From NCBI GenBank assembly GCA_963668645.2, contig CAXXWC010000010.1:192001-256000 (forward strand): a stretch of 64,000 bases of DNA, given 5' to 3'. Below, piece by piece: positions 20,091 to 30,016 of the stretch. A program made the translations under genes and the position numbers. This DNA comes from Desulfobacterales bacterium (GTDB lineage Bacteria > Desulfobacterota > Desulfobacteria > Desulfobacterales > UBA2174). The notes under the pieces were generated by a model. That model made no database searches. It was not told where the DNA came from and was given only the letters and a program-made list of their open reading frames with translations. The number at the start of each line of letters is the position of its first letter. Positions within the stretch are counted from its first letter, which is position 1.

Positions 20091-21854
20091 ATGCCCTACG
20101 ATGCGGTAAACATGGCGGACTGGCAGATTTCTGAGGAAGCGGAAAAGAATATGCCCACTCCGGATCAGTGGCGCGACAAGCTCGGCCTGCAGGCCGACGA
20201 GATGCTGCCCATGGGTCGGCTGGCCAAGCTCGACTTTCTCAAGATCATCGATCGGCTCAAGGACAAGCCGGACGGCAAATACATCGAGGTGACCGCCATC
20301 ACTCCCACCCCGCTGGGCGAGGGCAAGAGCACCACCTCCGTCGGCCTGATGGAAGGCCTGGGCAAGCGCGGCCAGAACGTCGGCGGGGCCCTGCGCCAGC
20401 CCTCGGGCGGCCCGACGATGAACGTCAAGGGGACCGCGGCCGGCGGCGGCAACTCGCTGCTCATCCCCATGACCGAGTTCTCCCTGGGCCTGACCGGCGA
20501 CATCAACGACATCATGAATGCCCATAACCTCGGCATGGTGGCGTTGACCGCCCGCATGCAGCACGAGCGCAACTACAACGACGAGCAGCTGGCGCGCCTG
20601 ACCAAGATGCGCCGCCTGGACATCGACCCGACCCGCGTCGAGATGGGCTGGATCATCGACTTTTGCGCCCAGGCCCTGCGCAACATCGTCATCGGGCTCG
20701 GCGGCCGCTTCGACGGCTACACCATGCAGAGCAAGTTCGGCATCGCCGTGGGCTCCGAGCTGATGGCCATTTTGGCCGTGGCCACCGACCTGGCTGACCT
20801 CAAGGAGCGCATCAACAACATCACCGTGGCCTTCGACAAGGGCGGCAAGCCGGTGACCTGCCGCGATCTGGAAGTCGGCAACGCCATGGCGGCCTTCATG
20901 CGCAACACGATCAACCCGACCCTGATGTGCACCGCCGAGTACAATCCGTGCATGGTGCACGCCGGCCCCTTTGCCAACATCGCCGTGGGCCAGAGCTCGA
21001 TCATCGCCGACCGCGTGGGCCTCAAACTCTTTGACTACCATGTCACCGAGTCCGGCTTCGCCGCCGACATCGGCTTCGAGAAGTTCTGGAACGTCAAGTG
21101 CCGCTTTTCCGGCCTCAAGCCCCACGTTTCGGTGCTCACCTCCACCATCCGGGCTCTCAAGATGCACGGCGGCGGCCCCAGGGTCGTGGCCGGCAAGGAC
21201 CTGCCCACCGAGTACAAGGAAGAAAACCTGGCCCTGGTGGAAAAGGGCTGCGAGAACATGGTCCACATGATCGGCGTGATCCGCAAGTCCGGAATCAACC
21301 CGGTGGTGTGCATCAACCGTTTCTACACCGACACCGACGCCGAAGTGGCCCTGGTCAAGAAGGCCGCCGAGGCCGCCGGGGCCCGCTGCGCCGAGTCGAA
21401 TCACTGGCTCAAGGGCGGCGAAGGCTCCCTGGAGTTCGCCGATGCGGTCATGGACGCCTGCAAGGAAGGCAACGACTTTGACTTCCTCTACCCGCTGGAG
21501 ATGAAGCTGCGCGACCGCGTGGAACTGATCGCCAAGGAAGTCTACGGCGCCGACGGGGTCGACTGGCTGCCGGATGCCGCCGCCAAGGCCCAGATGCTGG
21601 AAAACGATCCCAAGTACGCCGACTTCGCCACCATGATGGTCAAGACCCATCTGTCCCTGAGCCACGACCCGGTGATCAAGGGCGTGCCCAAGGGCTGGCG
21701 CCTGCCGATCCGCGACGTCTTGATCTACTCCGGGGCCAAGTTCCTTTGCCCGTGCGCCGGCACCATCAGCCTCATGCCTGGCACGAGCTCCAACCCGGCT
21801 TTCCGCCGCATCGATGTCGATCCGGCCACCGGCAAGGTCAGCGGCCTGTTCTAA
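20091..21854 (+). CDS. fhs: Formate--tetrahydrofolate ligase
   Basis: [56 protein letters not shown]. Confidence 0.97.
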   Translation: MPYDAVNMADWQISEEAEKNMPTPDQWRDKLGLQADEMLPMGRLAKLDFLKIIDRLKDKPDGKYIEVTAITPTPLGEGKSTTSVGLMEGLGKRGQNVGGALRQPSGGPTMNVKGTAAGGGNSLLIPMTEFSLGLTGDINDIMNAHNLGMVALTARMQHERNYNDEQLARLTKMRRLDIDPTRVEMGWIIDFCAQALRNIVIGLGGRFDGYTMQSKFGIAVGSELMAILAVATDLADLKERINNITVAFDKGGKPVTCRDLEVGNAMAAFMRNTINPTLMCTAEYNPCMVHAGPFANIAVGQSSIIADRVGLKLFDYHVTESGFAADIGFEKFWNVKCRFSGLKPHVSVLTSTIRALKMHGGGPRVVAGKDLPTEYKEENLALVEKGCENMVHMIGVIRKSGINPVVCINRFYTDTDAEVALVKKAAEAAGARCAESNHWLKGGEGSLEFADAVMDACKEGNDFDFLYPLEMKLRDRVELIAKEVYGADGVDWLPDAAAKAQMLENDPKYADFATMMVKTHLSLSHDPVIKGVPKGWRLPIRDVLIYSGAKFLCPCAGTISLMPGTSSNPAFRRIDVDPATGKVSGLF

Positions 21855-21878
21855 GCAGCGCAGTCTAAAATGCCAAAT

Positions 21879-21912
21879 ACGGCCCGGGAGTCTTCCCGGG
21901 CCGTTTTGCTTT
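21879..21912 (+). terminator. Rho-independent terminator after fhs
   Basis: acggcccggga-gtct-tcccgggccgt followed by tttgcttt. Confidence 0.8.
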
Positions 21913-21982
21913 GGAAAAGTCAAAAGTCGGACCGGTCCGACAGCTTGAAAACCCACTATCCCTGTAACCTGGACTCCATAAA

Positions 21983-23575
21983 GTGAAACCCCCTTTCCGC
22001 GTCCTGCTGATCAACCCCTTTTATCCCATCGACGAAACCCCTTCCCCGCCCCTGGGCCTGGCCTTTCTGGCCGGAGCCCTGGAAGCGGCCGGATGCGCGG
22101 TGAAAATTCTCGACCTGGTGGTGGAACCCTACCACCCCGAGCGCCTTGGCCGGATCCTGGACGAATTCCGGCCCGACATGGTGGGCGCCACCGCCGTGAC
22201 CATGACCTTCGATCATGCGGTGGGCGTGCTCGCGGACATCAAGGCCCTGGCGCCGGATCTGGTGACGGTCATGGGCGGCCCCCATGCGACGTTCTGGGCC
22301 CACGAGACCTTGCAGCGCTATCCGGCGGTGGACATCGTGGCCCGGGGCGAGGGGGAAGCCACACTGGTGGCGCTGGCCGGTGCCCTGGCGGCGGGAAGCG
22401 ACTGGCCTGCCCTTGCGGGAATCGTGTTTCGCAGCGCGGCGGGAATCGTCGACAACGGTTGGCCGGCCCTGGAAACCGATCTGGACCGGCTGGCTCCGCC
22501 GGCCCGCCACCTGCTTCCTCTGGGCCGCTACCGCGCCTTGCACATGCCCATCAGCATGACCACCAGCCGCGGCTGCCCCCACGGATGCATCTTTTGCGTG
22601 GGCCGCAAGATGGTCGGCGCCCGGGTGCGCTACCGCGATCCGGTGCGGGTGGTGGACGAGCTGGCGCAGATCGCCGGCTACGGATTTCACCAGATCAACC
22701 TGGCCGACGACCTGTTCACCGCCAGCGCCGGCCATTGCCTGGCGGTGTGCGAGGAGATTCTCAGGCGCGGCCTGGAGGTGCGCTGGACCTCCTTTGCCCG
22801 GGTGGACACCGTCTCGGTTCCGGTACTGAAGAAAATGCGCCAGGCCGGATGCCAGGCGGTGAGCTTCGGCATCGAGACCGGCGACCCGCAAATCATGAAG
22901 ACCATCCGCAAGGGGATCACCCTGGACCAGGTCGAGGCGGCGGTGGCCATGTGCAACGAGGCCGGCCTGATGCCCCACGGCTCGTTTATCCTCGGACTTC
23001 CCGGGGAAACCCCGCAATCCATCGAGCGGACCCTGGCCTTCGGCCGCCGCCTGGAAACCATGGGGGTCTGCTACGGATTTCACCTGTTGGCCCCATTTCC
23101 CGGCACCCGGGTGCGCGACCGGGCCGGCGAATACGGGATCCGCATCCTGACCGACGACTGGCGCGAGTACCACGCTAACCGGGCCATCGTGGAGACCGCC
23201 AGCGTTCCGGCGGCCCGCCTGGACGAGATCGCCGGCGGCTGGAAAGAACGCTTCGACGCCTACCTGGGCGACATCCAGCGGCGCATGGGCACCGGCGAGG
23301 CCAGCCAGGACGAGGCAGACACGATCATCAACCTGGAACGCACCGTGCTGCTCTACGACCTGATGATGAAAGAGCTGATCGAGACCGATCCGGGCGAGAG
23401 CGAAGGTGCCGATGCGGCGGCATCACTTGAAAATTTGAGCCGCCGCCTGGCCGCCCGCTGCCGCTACGACGCCCCTGCCCTGCATGCGGCCCTGGCCTAT
23501 ACTCACGCCAACGGCAATTTGCGACGTTGCCGGGACGGCGGCACCTTGTGCTGGCGGTGGGTCGAAAGGCTATGA
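21983..23575 (+). CDS. B12-binding domain radical SAM protein
   Basis: PPLGLA, MGGPHAT, GEGE, SRGCPHGCIFC (CxxxCxxC), FILGLPGET. Confidence 0.92.
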   Translation: MKPPFRVLLINPFYPIDETPSPPLGLAFLAGALEAAGCAVKILDLVVEPYHPERLGRILDEFRPDMVGATAVTMTFDHAVGVLADIKALAPDLVTVMGGPHATFWAHETLQRYPAVDIVARGEGEATLVALAGALAAGSDWPALAGIVFRSAAGIVDNGWPALETDLDRLAPPARHLLPLGRYRALHMPISMTTSRGCPHGCIFCVGRKMVGARVRYRDPVRVVDELAQIAGYGFHQINLADDLFTASAGHCLAVCEEILRRGLEVRWTSFARVDTVSVPVLKKMRQAGCQAVSFGIETGDPQIMKTIRKGITLDQVEAAVAMCNEAGLMPHGSFILGLPGETPQSIERTLAFGRRLETMGVCYGFHLLAPFPGTRVRDRAGEYGIRILTDDWREYHANRAIVETASVPAARLDEIAGGWKERFDAYLGDIQRRMGTGEASQDEADTIINLERTVLLYDLMMKELIETDPGESEGADAAASLENLSRRLAARCRYDAPALHAALAYTHANGNLRRCRDGGTLCWRWVERL

Positions 23576-23673
23576 CAGAGAGGGCATTGTTAGCGCAGGG
23601 AAAACGGACGGCGTAATCGACTGGCGGTTATGTTGGGCGGGTTGCACGGCAGCCCGGAAAGGAGGATGCCGGC

Positions 23674-24294
23674 ATGGCCGGATTATCTGAAGCATTCGAA
23701 AAAAACCGGGAACGCTACCTGGCCCGGCTGGCCGAAGCAGACCTTGGAGCGGTGAGCAAAACCCTGGGGCTGGAAACGGAAAACGGGGACCTTGTGCTGC
23801 CGTTTTACAACAAGCGCTTCACCGTGACGAACCGGGGGTTTGTCGATACCGCCGGCCAGGCGCCCGGCTACGGTCAATCCGTGGTCCTCTTCCAGTACAT
23901 TTTGCGGTGCCCGGAAGCGCCGCGTTTCGAGCCGGACTGGGCGGCCTTCAAGGATTTCAAGAAGGCGTCCCATTTCACCAACGTGAATTTTTTTCACAGC
24001 GACACGGAGCAGGCAGTGGAGCGGGCCTTTTCCGGCCGGGTGGCCGCGCTCGCCGAGGTCGGAGCCGCCCTGGGGGGCGTGCCGTATGAAACGGCGACGC
24101 GCTACGACGTGTCCATGAAGTTCCAGGCCCTGCCCAGAATCGCCCTGCTTTTACTCTTCAACGACGCGGACGAGGAGTTTCCGGCAAAATGCACCGTACT
24201 CTTCGAGCGCCACGCCGAGCACTACCTCGACCCGGAATCTTTGGCCATGACCAGCACCTGGCTGGCCAGAAGCCTCGCCGGCCGCGCAGGGTGA
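23674..24294 (+). CDS. DUF3786-family protein
   Basis: ALPRIALLLLFNDADEEFPAKCTVLF...LDPESL pattern; RBS AGGAGG. Confidence 0.75.
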   Translation: MAGLSEAFEKNRERYLARLAEADLGAVSKTLGLETENGDLVLPFYNKRFTVTNRGFVDTAGQAPGYGQSVVLFQYILRCPEAPRFEPDWAAFKDFKKASHFTNVNFFHSDTEQAVERAFSGRVAALAEVGAALGGVPYETATRYDVSMKFQALPRIALLLLFNDADEEFPAKCTVLFERHAEHYLDPESLAMTSTWLARSLAGRAG

Positions 24295-24324
24295 TGCGCG
24301 CCGGCTGCCGGGTCGCCACATCCT

Positions 24325-25758
24325 TCAGCGCGACATCCGGGCCACGATCCCGGCCAGGGTCTGAATCCCCCGGTCGATGGCATCGGTATACGGCATGCCG
24401 CAATTGATGCGGATATAATTGCGATAGATATCGCTGTTGGCGCAGATGACGCCGGGGAAAACGGCAATCCGCTTTTCCAGGGCGGCCCGGAAAAGTTCCA
24501 GGCTGTCCACCCTTTCATTCAACTGCACCCAGAGGACCACGCCGCCGCGGGGCGCCGTGATCTTGGTATCCGGGGGAAACCAGCGCGCGATGGCCAGCGC
24601 CGTATTGCCCACCTGGTTCTTCAGCTGGGTGCGCAGGCGGCGCAGGTGGCGGTCGTAGTTGACCGTCTGCAGGTACCGGCCCAACGCCCATTGGGTCAAT
24701 CCCGGTGCGCTGATATGCTGGTTGAGCCGGTAGCGTTTGATGCGATCCAGAAATTGCCCCGGCATGACCCACCCCACACGCAGACCCGGCGCCAGGCTTT
24801 TGGAAAACGAAGCGCAGTAAAGCACCAGTCCTTTTTGGTCGAACGCCTTTAGCGGCAGCGGCCTGGATGCGCCAAAGTAAAGTTCGCCGTAGATATCGTC
24901 CTCGATAATCGGGATGCGGCGGGCATTGAACAGCGCCACGACGGCCTGCTTCTTCTCGTCGGGCATGAGAAAACCCAGGGGATTGTGAAAATTGGCAACG
25001 AAGATGGCGGCCCGCACCGCGTGGTTTTCGAGCGCCGCCTGCAACACCTCAAGATCGATCCCCTCCGAAGGATCGGTGGGAATTTCGAGCGCCCGCAGAT
25101 TCAAATCTTCAATCAACTGCAAAAACCACGGGAAGGTGGGCGATTCGACCAGGACGGTATCACCGGGACCGGTCACGGCCTTCAGGCTCAGCGCGACCGC
25201 TTCGATGCATCCATTGGTGATCACCATCTCCTCGGGTGACACCGGGCCGCAAAGCGGCGCCATCCGCCTGGCGATCTGCCGCCGCAGTTCCGGGTGGCCA
25301 AGATAGTGCTCATAGGCCGCCATACCGTCTTTTAACTGTCTCAGCGGTGCACTGCGGATAATCGCCGGGAGTTCCTTGGGCGGCAATAGGTCGGAATGAA
25401 TCAGGGCGCCGCCCAATTGAAGGACTCCCGGATCGCCCATGGCCTCGATCAATGCAAAGGCCAGGTCGCTGATATTGACCTTCTGCGGCCCGAGAAGCGC
25501 CGCGGATTTCCGCGGCGGCGGCAGCAGCCCGTGAAGTTGCGGCTTGACGTAGTAGCCAGACTTTTGTCGCGCCTCGACCATGCCGCGTTTTTCCAGTTCG
25601 ATGAACGCCTGGTAGACGGTGGAGATGCTCAGCCCGGTCTGAAGGCGCAGCCCCCGGATGGAGGGCAGCTTTTCCCCGGTCCGGAAGGTGCCTGCCCGTA
25701 TCTGCGCTTCCAGCGCGTCGGCCAGTTCGGCGTATCGAAACCCGTTCGTTGACTCCAT
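24325..25758 (-). CDS. MocR/GntR-family regulator with PLP aminotransferase domain
   Basis: N-terminal wHTH GEKLPSIR...STVYQAF; NFHNPLG, IIEDDIY, SFSKSLAPGLRVGW. Confidence 0.93.
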   Translation of the reverse strand: MESTNGFRYAELADALEAQIRAGTFRTGEKLPSIRGLRLQTGLSISTVYQAFIELEKRGMVEARQKSGYYVKPQLHGLLPPPRKSAALLGPQKVNISDLAFALIEAMGDPGVLQLGGALIHSDLLPPKELPAIIRSAPLRQLKDGMAAYEHYLGHPELRRQIARRMAPLCGPVSPEEMVITNGCIEAVALSLKAVTGPGDTVLVESPTFPWFLQLIEDLNLRALEIPTDPSEGIDLEVLQAALENHAVRAAIFVANFHNPLGFLMPDEKKQAVVALFNARRIPIIEDDIYGELYFGASRPLPLKAFDQKGLVLYCASFSKSLAPGLRVGWVMPGQFLDRIKRYRLNQHISAPGLTQWALGRYLQTVNYDRHLRRLRTQLKNQVGNTALAIARWFPPDTKITAPRGGVVLWVQLNERVDSLELFRAALEKRIAVFPGVICANSDIYRNYIRINCGMPYTDAIDRGIQTLAGIVARMSR

Positions 25759-25776
25759 CTCACTCCCCTTACCGCC

Positions 25777-25820
25777 AATCTGTTATGCCACAATAATGCA
25801 AAATCTGTATCTGTTATCTG
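25777..25820. promoter_or_regulatory. Repeated ATCTGT(T)AT motifs, candidate MocR operator
   Basis: aatctgttat (25777-25786) and aatctgtatctgttatctg (25802-25820) in the divergent promoter region. Confidence 0.5.
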
Positions 25821-25872
25821 CTAACAGCTCTGCTATCAATGGGCAACCGCTAATTCCTATTTGGAGCCGCAG

Positions 25873-26061
25873 ATGAAGAGCCGCAGTGGGGAAGGATTCG
25901 AACGTCTGAGTTGGCGATACCTGTTATCGCCCGAAGACACCAGCACCGGCAAACGCCCGATGCCCTGTTTCGGCCGGCACGAGAGGTGGGCCGGATGCCT
26001 GAAATCCGCCTGGTGGCTGGCCGTGGCGATCCTCGCGTCACTTGCGGTCGGCCAACTCTGA
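25873..26061 (+). CDS. Small 62-aa protein with C-terminal hydrophobic helix, divergent from mocR
   Basis: GGAG RBS 6 nt before the ATG; ends AWWLAVAILASLAVGQL. Confidence 0.4.
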   Translation: MKSRSGEGFERLSWRYLLSPEDTSTGKRPMPCFGRHERWAGCLKSAWWLAVAILASLAVGQL

Positions 26062-26192
26062 TATGTCTGCTCAAAACGAAGTCCGGATGCTGCGGTGATG
26101 ATGATGCCAATTCGCCGTGGAGCGACGCCTATCTGAAAGATGGCTCCATCCTTCAGAAGATCTTCTTTGGTCAATTTTGCAACAGGGGCACC
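26057..26192 (-). pseudogene. Diverged internal fragment of the nucleotidyltransferase gene found at 27440 and 28420
   Basis: TKEDLLKDGAIFQIGVAPRRIGIIITAASGLRFEQTYQ versus TKEDLLKDGTIFQIGVAPRRIDIITAASGLRFEQAYQ. Confidence 0.85.
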
Positions 26193-26207
26193 ATGTCGAT
26201 GGTGTCG

Positions 26208-27263
26208 TCACTTGGCCCGCGCCAGCGTCAGCAGGGCGATCTCGGAGGGGACGCCCAGCCGGAGCGGCACCCCCCAGTAGCCTGCGCCGCTGCTGACGTA
26301 AAGTTGCGTGCCGCGGTGCCGGTACAAGCCGGACTGGTACGGCTGCACCAGGCTCATCAGCCAGGCGCACGGCAGGATCAGCCCCCCGTGGGTGTGGCCT
26401 GACAGTTGGAGGTCGAAGCCTGCCTCGGCCGCCTCGTCCACGCTTTCCGGGCGGTGGGCCAGCAGGATCTTCACGTCCGCCCCGGCCCCGTCGCCCAAAG
26501 CCGCGGCCGGCGAGGAGACGTCGGCGCTCAGATCGGCGACGCCGCCCACCAGGACCGACGCGCGGCCCCTGGCGACCAGGCGGTGGTCGTTGCGAAGGAC
26601 GGTAAAACCCAGGTCCGCCATTTCCCGCATCCACGCCTCGGCCCCGTGTATGTACTCGTGGTTGCCCGTGACGAAGAACTTCCCCGAGCGGGCGGTCAGC
26701 CCGGCCAGGGGGGCCGCGTCCTCCCGGATCCCGGCCGGGTCGTCATCGGCGATGTCGCCGGTGAAGGCGATCACGTCCGGGTTCAGGCTGTTGACTCTGA
26801 GCACCAGGTCCTGCACCCAGTTGCGGCGGATCGCCGGGGAAATATGCAGGTCGGTGATCTGCGCGATGCGAAACCCTTCCAACTCCGGCGGCAGTCCCTC
26901 AATGGCCACGGCCACCTCCCTGACGCAGGGCGGCTTCAGGGCCTCCCACAGCCCGTAAACCCCGAGGAAAACTGAGGCCACCACGATGCCTGCAGTCACG
27001 GCAACCCGCAGCAAGCCGCGCCGGGTGCCGCCGGCCTCCGGCGCCATTGCCGGCAGCCACCGCCTCCGGACGGCAGTGGCAGCCGTTTCCAAAGCCCCGA
27101 CCAGGGCCGTGGCGACGCCGGAGCAGGCAGAGACCATCAGCGCCCCCCAGCCGGCCCAACTGGTCCAGTCGCACCAGACGTAGCTGCCCACGGCGTAGGC
27201 CAGACTGCTGCAAAACAGGACCACGAATCCCAGGATAGTGGTCAGCAAGATGAACAGGATCAT
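26208..27263 (-). CDS. Membrane-anchored metallophosphoesterase (YkuE-like)
   Basis: TDLH, TGDIAD, TGNHEY, LLAH, SGHTHGG motifs. Confidence 0.88.
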   Translation of the reverse strand: MILFILLTTILGFVVLFCSSLAYAVGSYVWCDWTSWAGWGALMVSACSGVATALVGALETAATAVRRRWLPAMAPEAGGTRRGLLRVAVTAGIVVASVFLGVYGLWEALKPPCVREVAVAIEGLPPELEGFRIAQITDLHISPAIRRNWVQDLVLRVNSLNPDVIAFTGDIADDDPAGIREDAAPLAGLTARSGKFFVTGNHEYIHGAEAWMREMADLGFTVLRNDHRLVARGRASVLVGGVADLSADVSSPAAALGDGAGADVKILLAHRPESVDEAAEAGFDLQLSGHTHGGLILPCAWLMSLVQPYQSGLYRHRGTQLYVSSGAGYWGVPLRLGVPSEIALLTLARAK

Positions 27264-27439
27264 CGGTCAATCCGGGGCAGGGCCGTCCGGCGGCCTCGCC
27301 GGTTCGGGGTGGTGCGAGAGGCGCCACCCCCGTCATATGGCCTCAGCATGACATGAAAGAGCAGGGTTCATCAATACCAACCCCGCCGAGGCCCTGCCGC
27401 TGATCATCCGGCGACGGCAAAGGGACTATAACCGAAACA

Positions 27440-27889
27440 TTATTCTTTTAAAGACTCCAAGGCTTCGGCATCGGCCAGATCTTTAGTCCTGCCGGTCGCT
27501 CTCTTGTTGAGAATCAGATCGTCGATGGAAGGGATGCGGATGTCGATTCCCTCGATGCTTACCAAGATTGAATTCTGGTATGCCTGCTCAAAACGAAGCC
27601 CTGATGCTGCGGTGATGATGTCAATTCGTCGTGGAGCGACGCCAATCTGAAAAATGGTTCCATCCTTCAGAAGGTCTTCCTTGGTCAGATTGTGCAGCGG
27701 GGCACCGAAGCGGCTCAAAGCTCGTAGGACCGCATCGGCGTTCTCAGGAGAAGGCATGACCCAAATGTCAATATCCATTGTGGCACGAGGATACCCATGG
27801 GCAGCAAGCGCGTATGCCCCGACGAGGACGAACCTAACATTCTCGTCGCACAAGGCGCGTAACATGTCTTTGTAGTCTTCGTTCAGCAT
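27440..27889 (-). CDS. Nucleotidyltransferase-fold protein (DUF6036-like), copy 1
   Basis: VLVGAYALAAHGYPRATMDID (G..DxD) and C-terminal KRATGRTKDLAD. Confidence 0.82.
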   Translation of the reverse strand: MLNEDYKDMLRALCDENVRFVLVGAYALAAHGYPRATMDIDIWVMPSPENADAVLRALSRFGAPLHNLTKEDLLKDGTIFQIGVAPRRIDIITAASGLRFEQAYQNSILVSIEGIDIRIPSIDDLILNKRATGRTKDLADAEALESLKE

Positions 27890-28061
27890 CGTGCGTTACG
27901 CTCAAAGATGCAACTTCTCTGGTCAACGGCCAAACAAAAAGAATGCGCTCTTCCGGCGTGCCGGGAACGTAATCGTCATTCCGATGGTCCGTCATTCGCC
28001 CTATGACTGTTTGCAATCTGTTCATGGGTGAAAAGATAACAGTTTCCACTTGATAAATCAA
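27834..28061 (-). CDS. Small partner protein overlapping the NTase start, copy 1
   Basis: TPEERILFVWPLTRE...RRLQRHV; start codon uncertain. Confidence 0.6.
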   Translation of the reverse strand: MIYQVETVIFSPMNRLQTVIGRMTDHRNDDYVPGTPEERILFVWPLTREVASLSVTHDAERRLQRHVTRLVRREC

Positions 28062-28419
28062 TCTGTTAGTGACTCAACGCAGCGTTCGCAAAAAACTGCG
28101 GCGAACTCCCGTACCCAAATCCCTGGGACGGATTTTGAAAAAACGCGTGCCCTTATCGCATAGTTGGTGTTCTCTTCAAGCAGGTAACGGAAAAAATGAA
28201 CTGGTTTGGCATTGGTACCATATTGTAGCACCATGCCGCCCATGAAGCTAAAACGCAACCGATGACGGAGACAGGCTAAAGTTACGAAGTCAAATTAATC
28301 AGAAAATCCTTTTACGTCCCCCTTCACCCGGTAAGCCTCGCGATTCCGCACAGAAGAGGCACCTAATAAGTTTACTTAATCAACAACGTCCCCATTTTAA
28401 AGGGACTATAACCGAAACA

Positions 28420-28869
28420 TTATTCTTTTAAAGACTCCAAGGCTTCGGCATCGGCCAGATCTTTAGTCCTGCCGGTCGCTCTCTTGTTGAGAATCAGATC
28501 GTCGATGGAAGGGATGCGGATGTCGATTCCCTCGATGCTTACCAAGATTGAATTCTGGTATGCCTGCTCAAAACGAAGCCCTGATGCTGCGGTGATGATG
28601 TCAATTCGTCGTGGAGCGACGCCAATCTGAAAAATGGTTCCATCCTTCAGAAGGTCTTCCTTGGTCAGATTGTGCAGCGGGGCACCGAAGCGGCTCAAAG
28701 CTCGTAGGACCGCATCGGCGTTCTCAGGAGAAGGCATGACCCAAATGTCAATATCCATTGTGGCACGAGGATACCCATGGGCAGCAAGCGCGTATGCCCC
28801 GACGAGGACGAACCTAACATTCTCGTCGCACAAGGCGCGTAACATGTCTTTGTAGTCTTCGTTCAGCAT
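28420..28869 (-). CDS. Nucleotidyltransferase-fold protein, copy 2
   Basis: Translation identical to 27440-27889. Confidence 0.82.
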   Translation of the reverse strand: MLNEDYKDMLRALCDENVRFVLVGAYALAAHGYPRATMDIDIWVMPSPENADAVLRALSRFGAPLHNLTKEDLLKDGTIFQIGVAPRRIDIITAASGLRFEQAYQNSILVSIEGIDIRIPSIDDLILNKRATGRTKDLADAEALESLKE

Positions 28870-29041
28870 CGTGCGTTACGCTCAAAGATGCAACTTCTCT
28901 GGTCAACGGCCAAACAAAAAGAATGCGCTCTTCCGGCGTGCCGGGAACGTAATCGTCATTCCGATGGTCCGTCATTCGCCCTATGACTGTTTGCAATCTG
29001 TTCATGGGTGAAAAGATAACAGTTTCCACTTGATAAATCAA
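28814..29041 (-). CDS. Small partner protein, copy 2
   Basis: Translation identical to 27834-28061. Confidence 0.6.
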   Translation of the reverse strand: MIYQVETVIFSPMNRLQTVIGRMTDHRNDDYVPGTPEERILFVWPLTREVASLSVTHDAERRLQRHVTRLVRREC

Positions 29042-29254
29042 TCTGTTAGTGACTCAACGCAGCGTTCGCAAAAAACTGCGGCGAACTCCCGTACCCAAAT
29101 CCCTGGGACGGATTTTGAAAAAACGCGTGCCCTTATCGCATAGTTGGTGTTCTCTTCGTAAGCGTCCGGGCAACCGCATCTTCTCAAGCGCTTGGAAATT
29201 TGTCACAGGTTGACTCCGTAGGCCGTAGACTATTTCAGCCAAGGAGGCATCATC

Positions 29255-29599
29255 GTGACACGGAAGCAACGAGCAGAGGCTCTGGAGGTCAAGCGGCGGT
29301 TTTGGCGACAGCACGTTGAGCGATGGAAACGAAGCGGGCGGAACCAGAGCGAATATTGCCGGCAGCACTCACTCAAGCTGCACTGTTTTATCTACTGGAG
29401 AAAAAAGTACCGGGGTGCGGACGCGACTGCGATCTCCCTGGTCGAGGTTCAGTTGCCTCCGGTGGCGACCGGGGCCATCACCACCACGGACCACCGACCG
29501 CTGCGGCTTGTGGTTTCCTCCAGCCATTGTGTCGAGGTAGAGCGTGACTTTGATCCGGTGGCCCTGCGGCAGTTGTTGCACGTGCTGGAGCGGCTGTGA
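29255..29599 (+). CDS. tnpA: IS66 accessory protein TnpA
   Basis: W..HVERWKRSG..QSEYCRQH...YWRKK. Confidence 0.85.
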   Translation: MTRKQRAEALEVKRRFWRQHVERWKRSGRNQSEYCRQHSLKLHCFIYWRKKYRGADATAISLVEVQLPPVATGAITTTDHRPLRLVVSSSHCVEVERDFDPVALRQLLHVLERL

Positions 29600-29949
29600 T
29601 GTTTTTGCCATCGCATACCCGCATTTACCTGGCGACCGGCAGCACTGACATGCGCAAAGCCATCAATGGGCTTTCGATTCTGGTCGAAGATCGACTTGAG
29701 TTCGACCCATTTTCCGGCCACCTGTTCGCCTTTTGTAATCGGCGCCGGAACATGATCAAAATCCTGTACTGGGATCGAAACGGTTTTTGTCTCTGGCACA
29801 AGCGTTTGGAGAAGGAGTTTTTCATCTGGCCGGAGCGCCCCGACGAAGTCATGGAACTGGATCTTCGCCAGTTGAGTTGGCTGTTGGAAGGGCTTGAGAT
29901 TGGCCAGCGGCATGCGCATAAAGAGCTGCACTACGAAACGCTGGTATGA
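29596..29949 (+). CDS. tnpB: IS66 accessory protein TnpB
   Basis: TDMRKAINGL, FCNRRR..IKILYWD.NGF.LWHKRLE. Confidence 0.95.
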   Translation: MMFLPSHTRIYLATGSTDMRKAINGLSILVEDRLEFDPFSGHLFAFCNRRRNMIKILYWDRNGFCLWHKRLEKEFFIWPERPDEVMELDLRQLSWLLEGLEIGQRHAHKELHYETLV

Positions 29950-30016
29950 AAGATTTTTTTATTTTTAATCGAGAAAAAGATTGCCAAATTTGTGGCTTTA
30001 CGGTATTGAATTTACC

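Larger units (their letters stand above)
27419..28398. repeat. 980-bp tandem duplication, copy 1 (empty IS66 site at 28170-28177)
   Basis: aaagggactata...cgtccccatttt repeats from 28399; no differences noticed by eye. Confidence 0.93.

Noticed and set aside
20010..23173. Long minus-strand ORFs opposite fhs and the radical SAM gene (similarly 52517-54391, 58563-60302, 60442-61851)
   Set aside because: Shadow frames of well-supported genes, with no recognisable motifs
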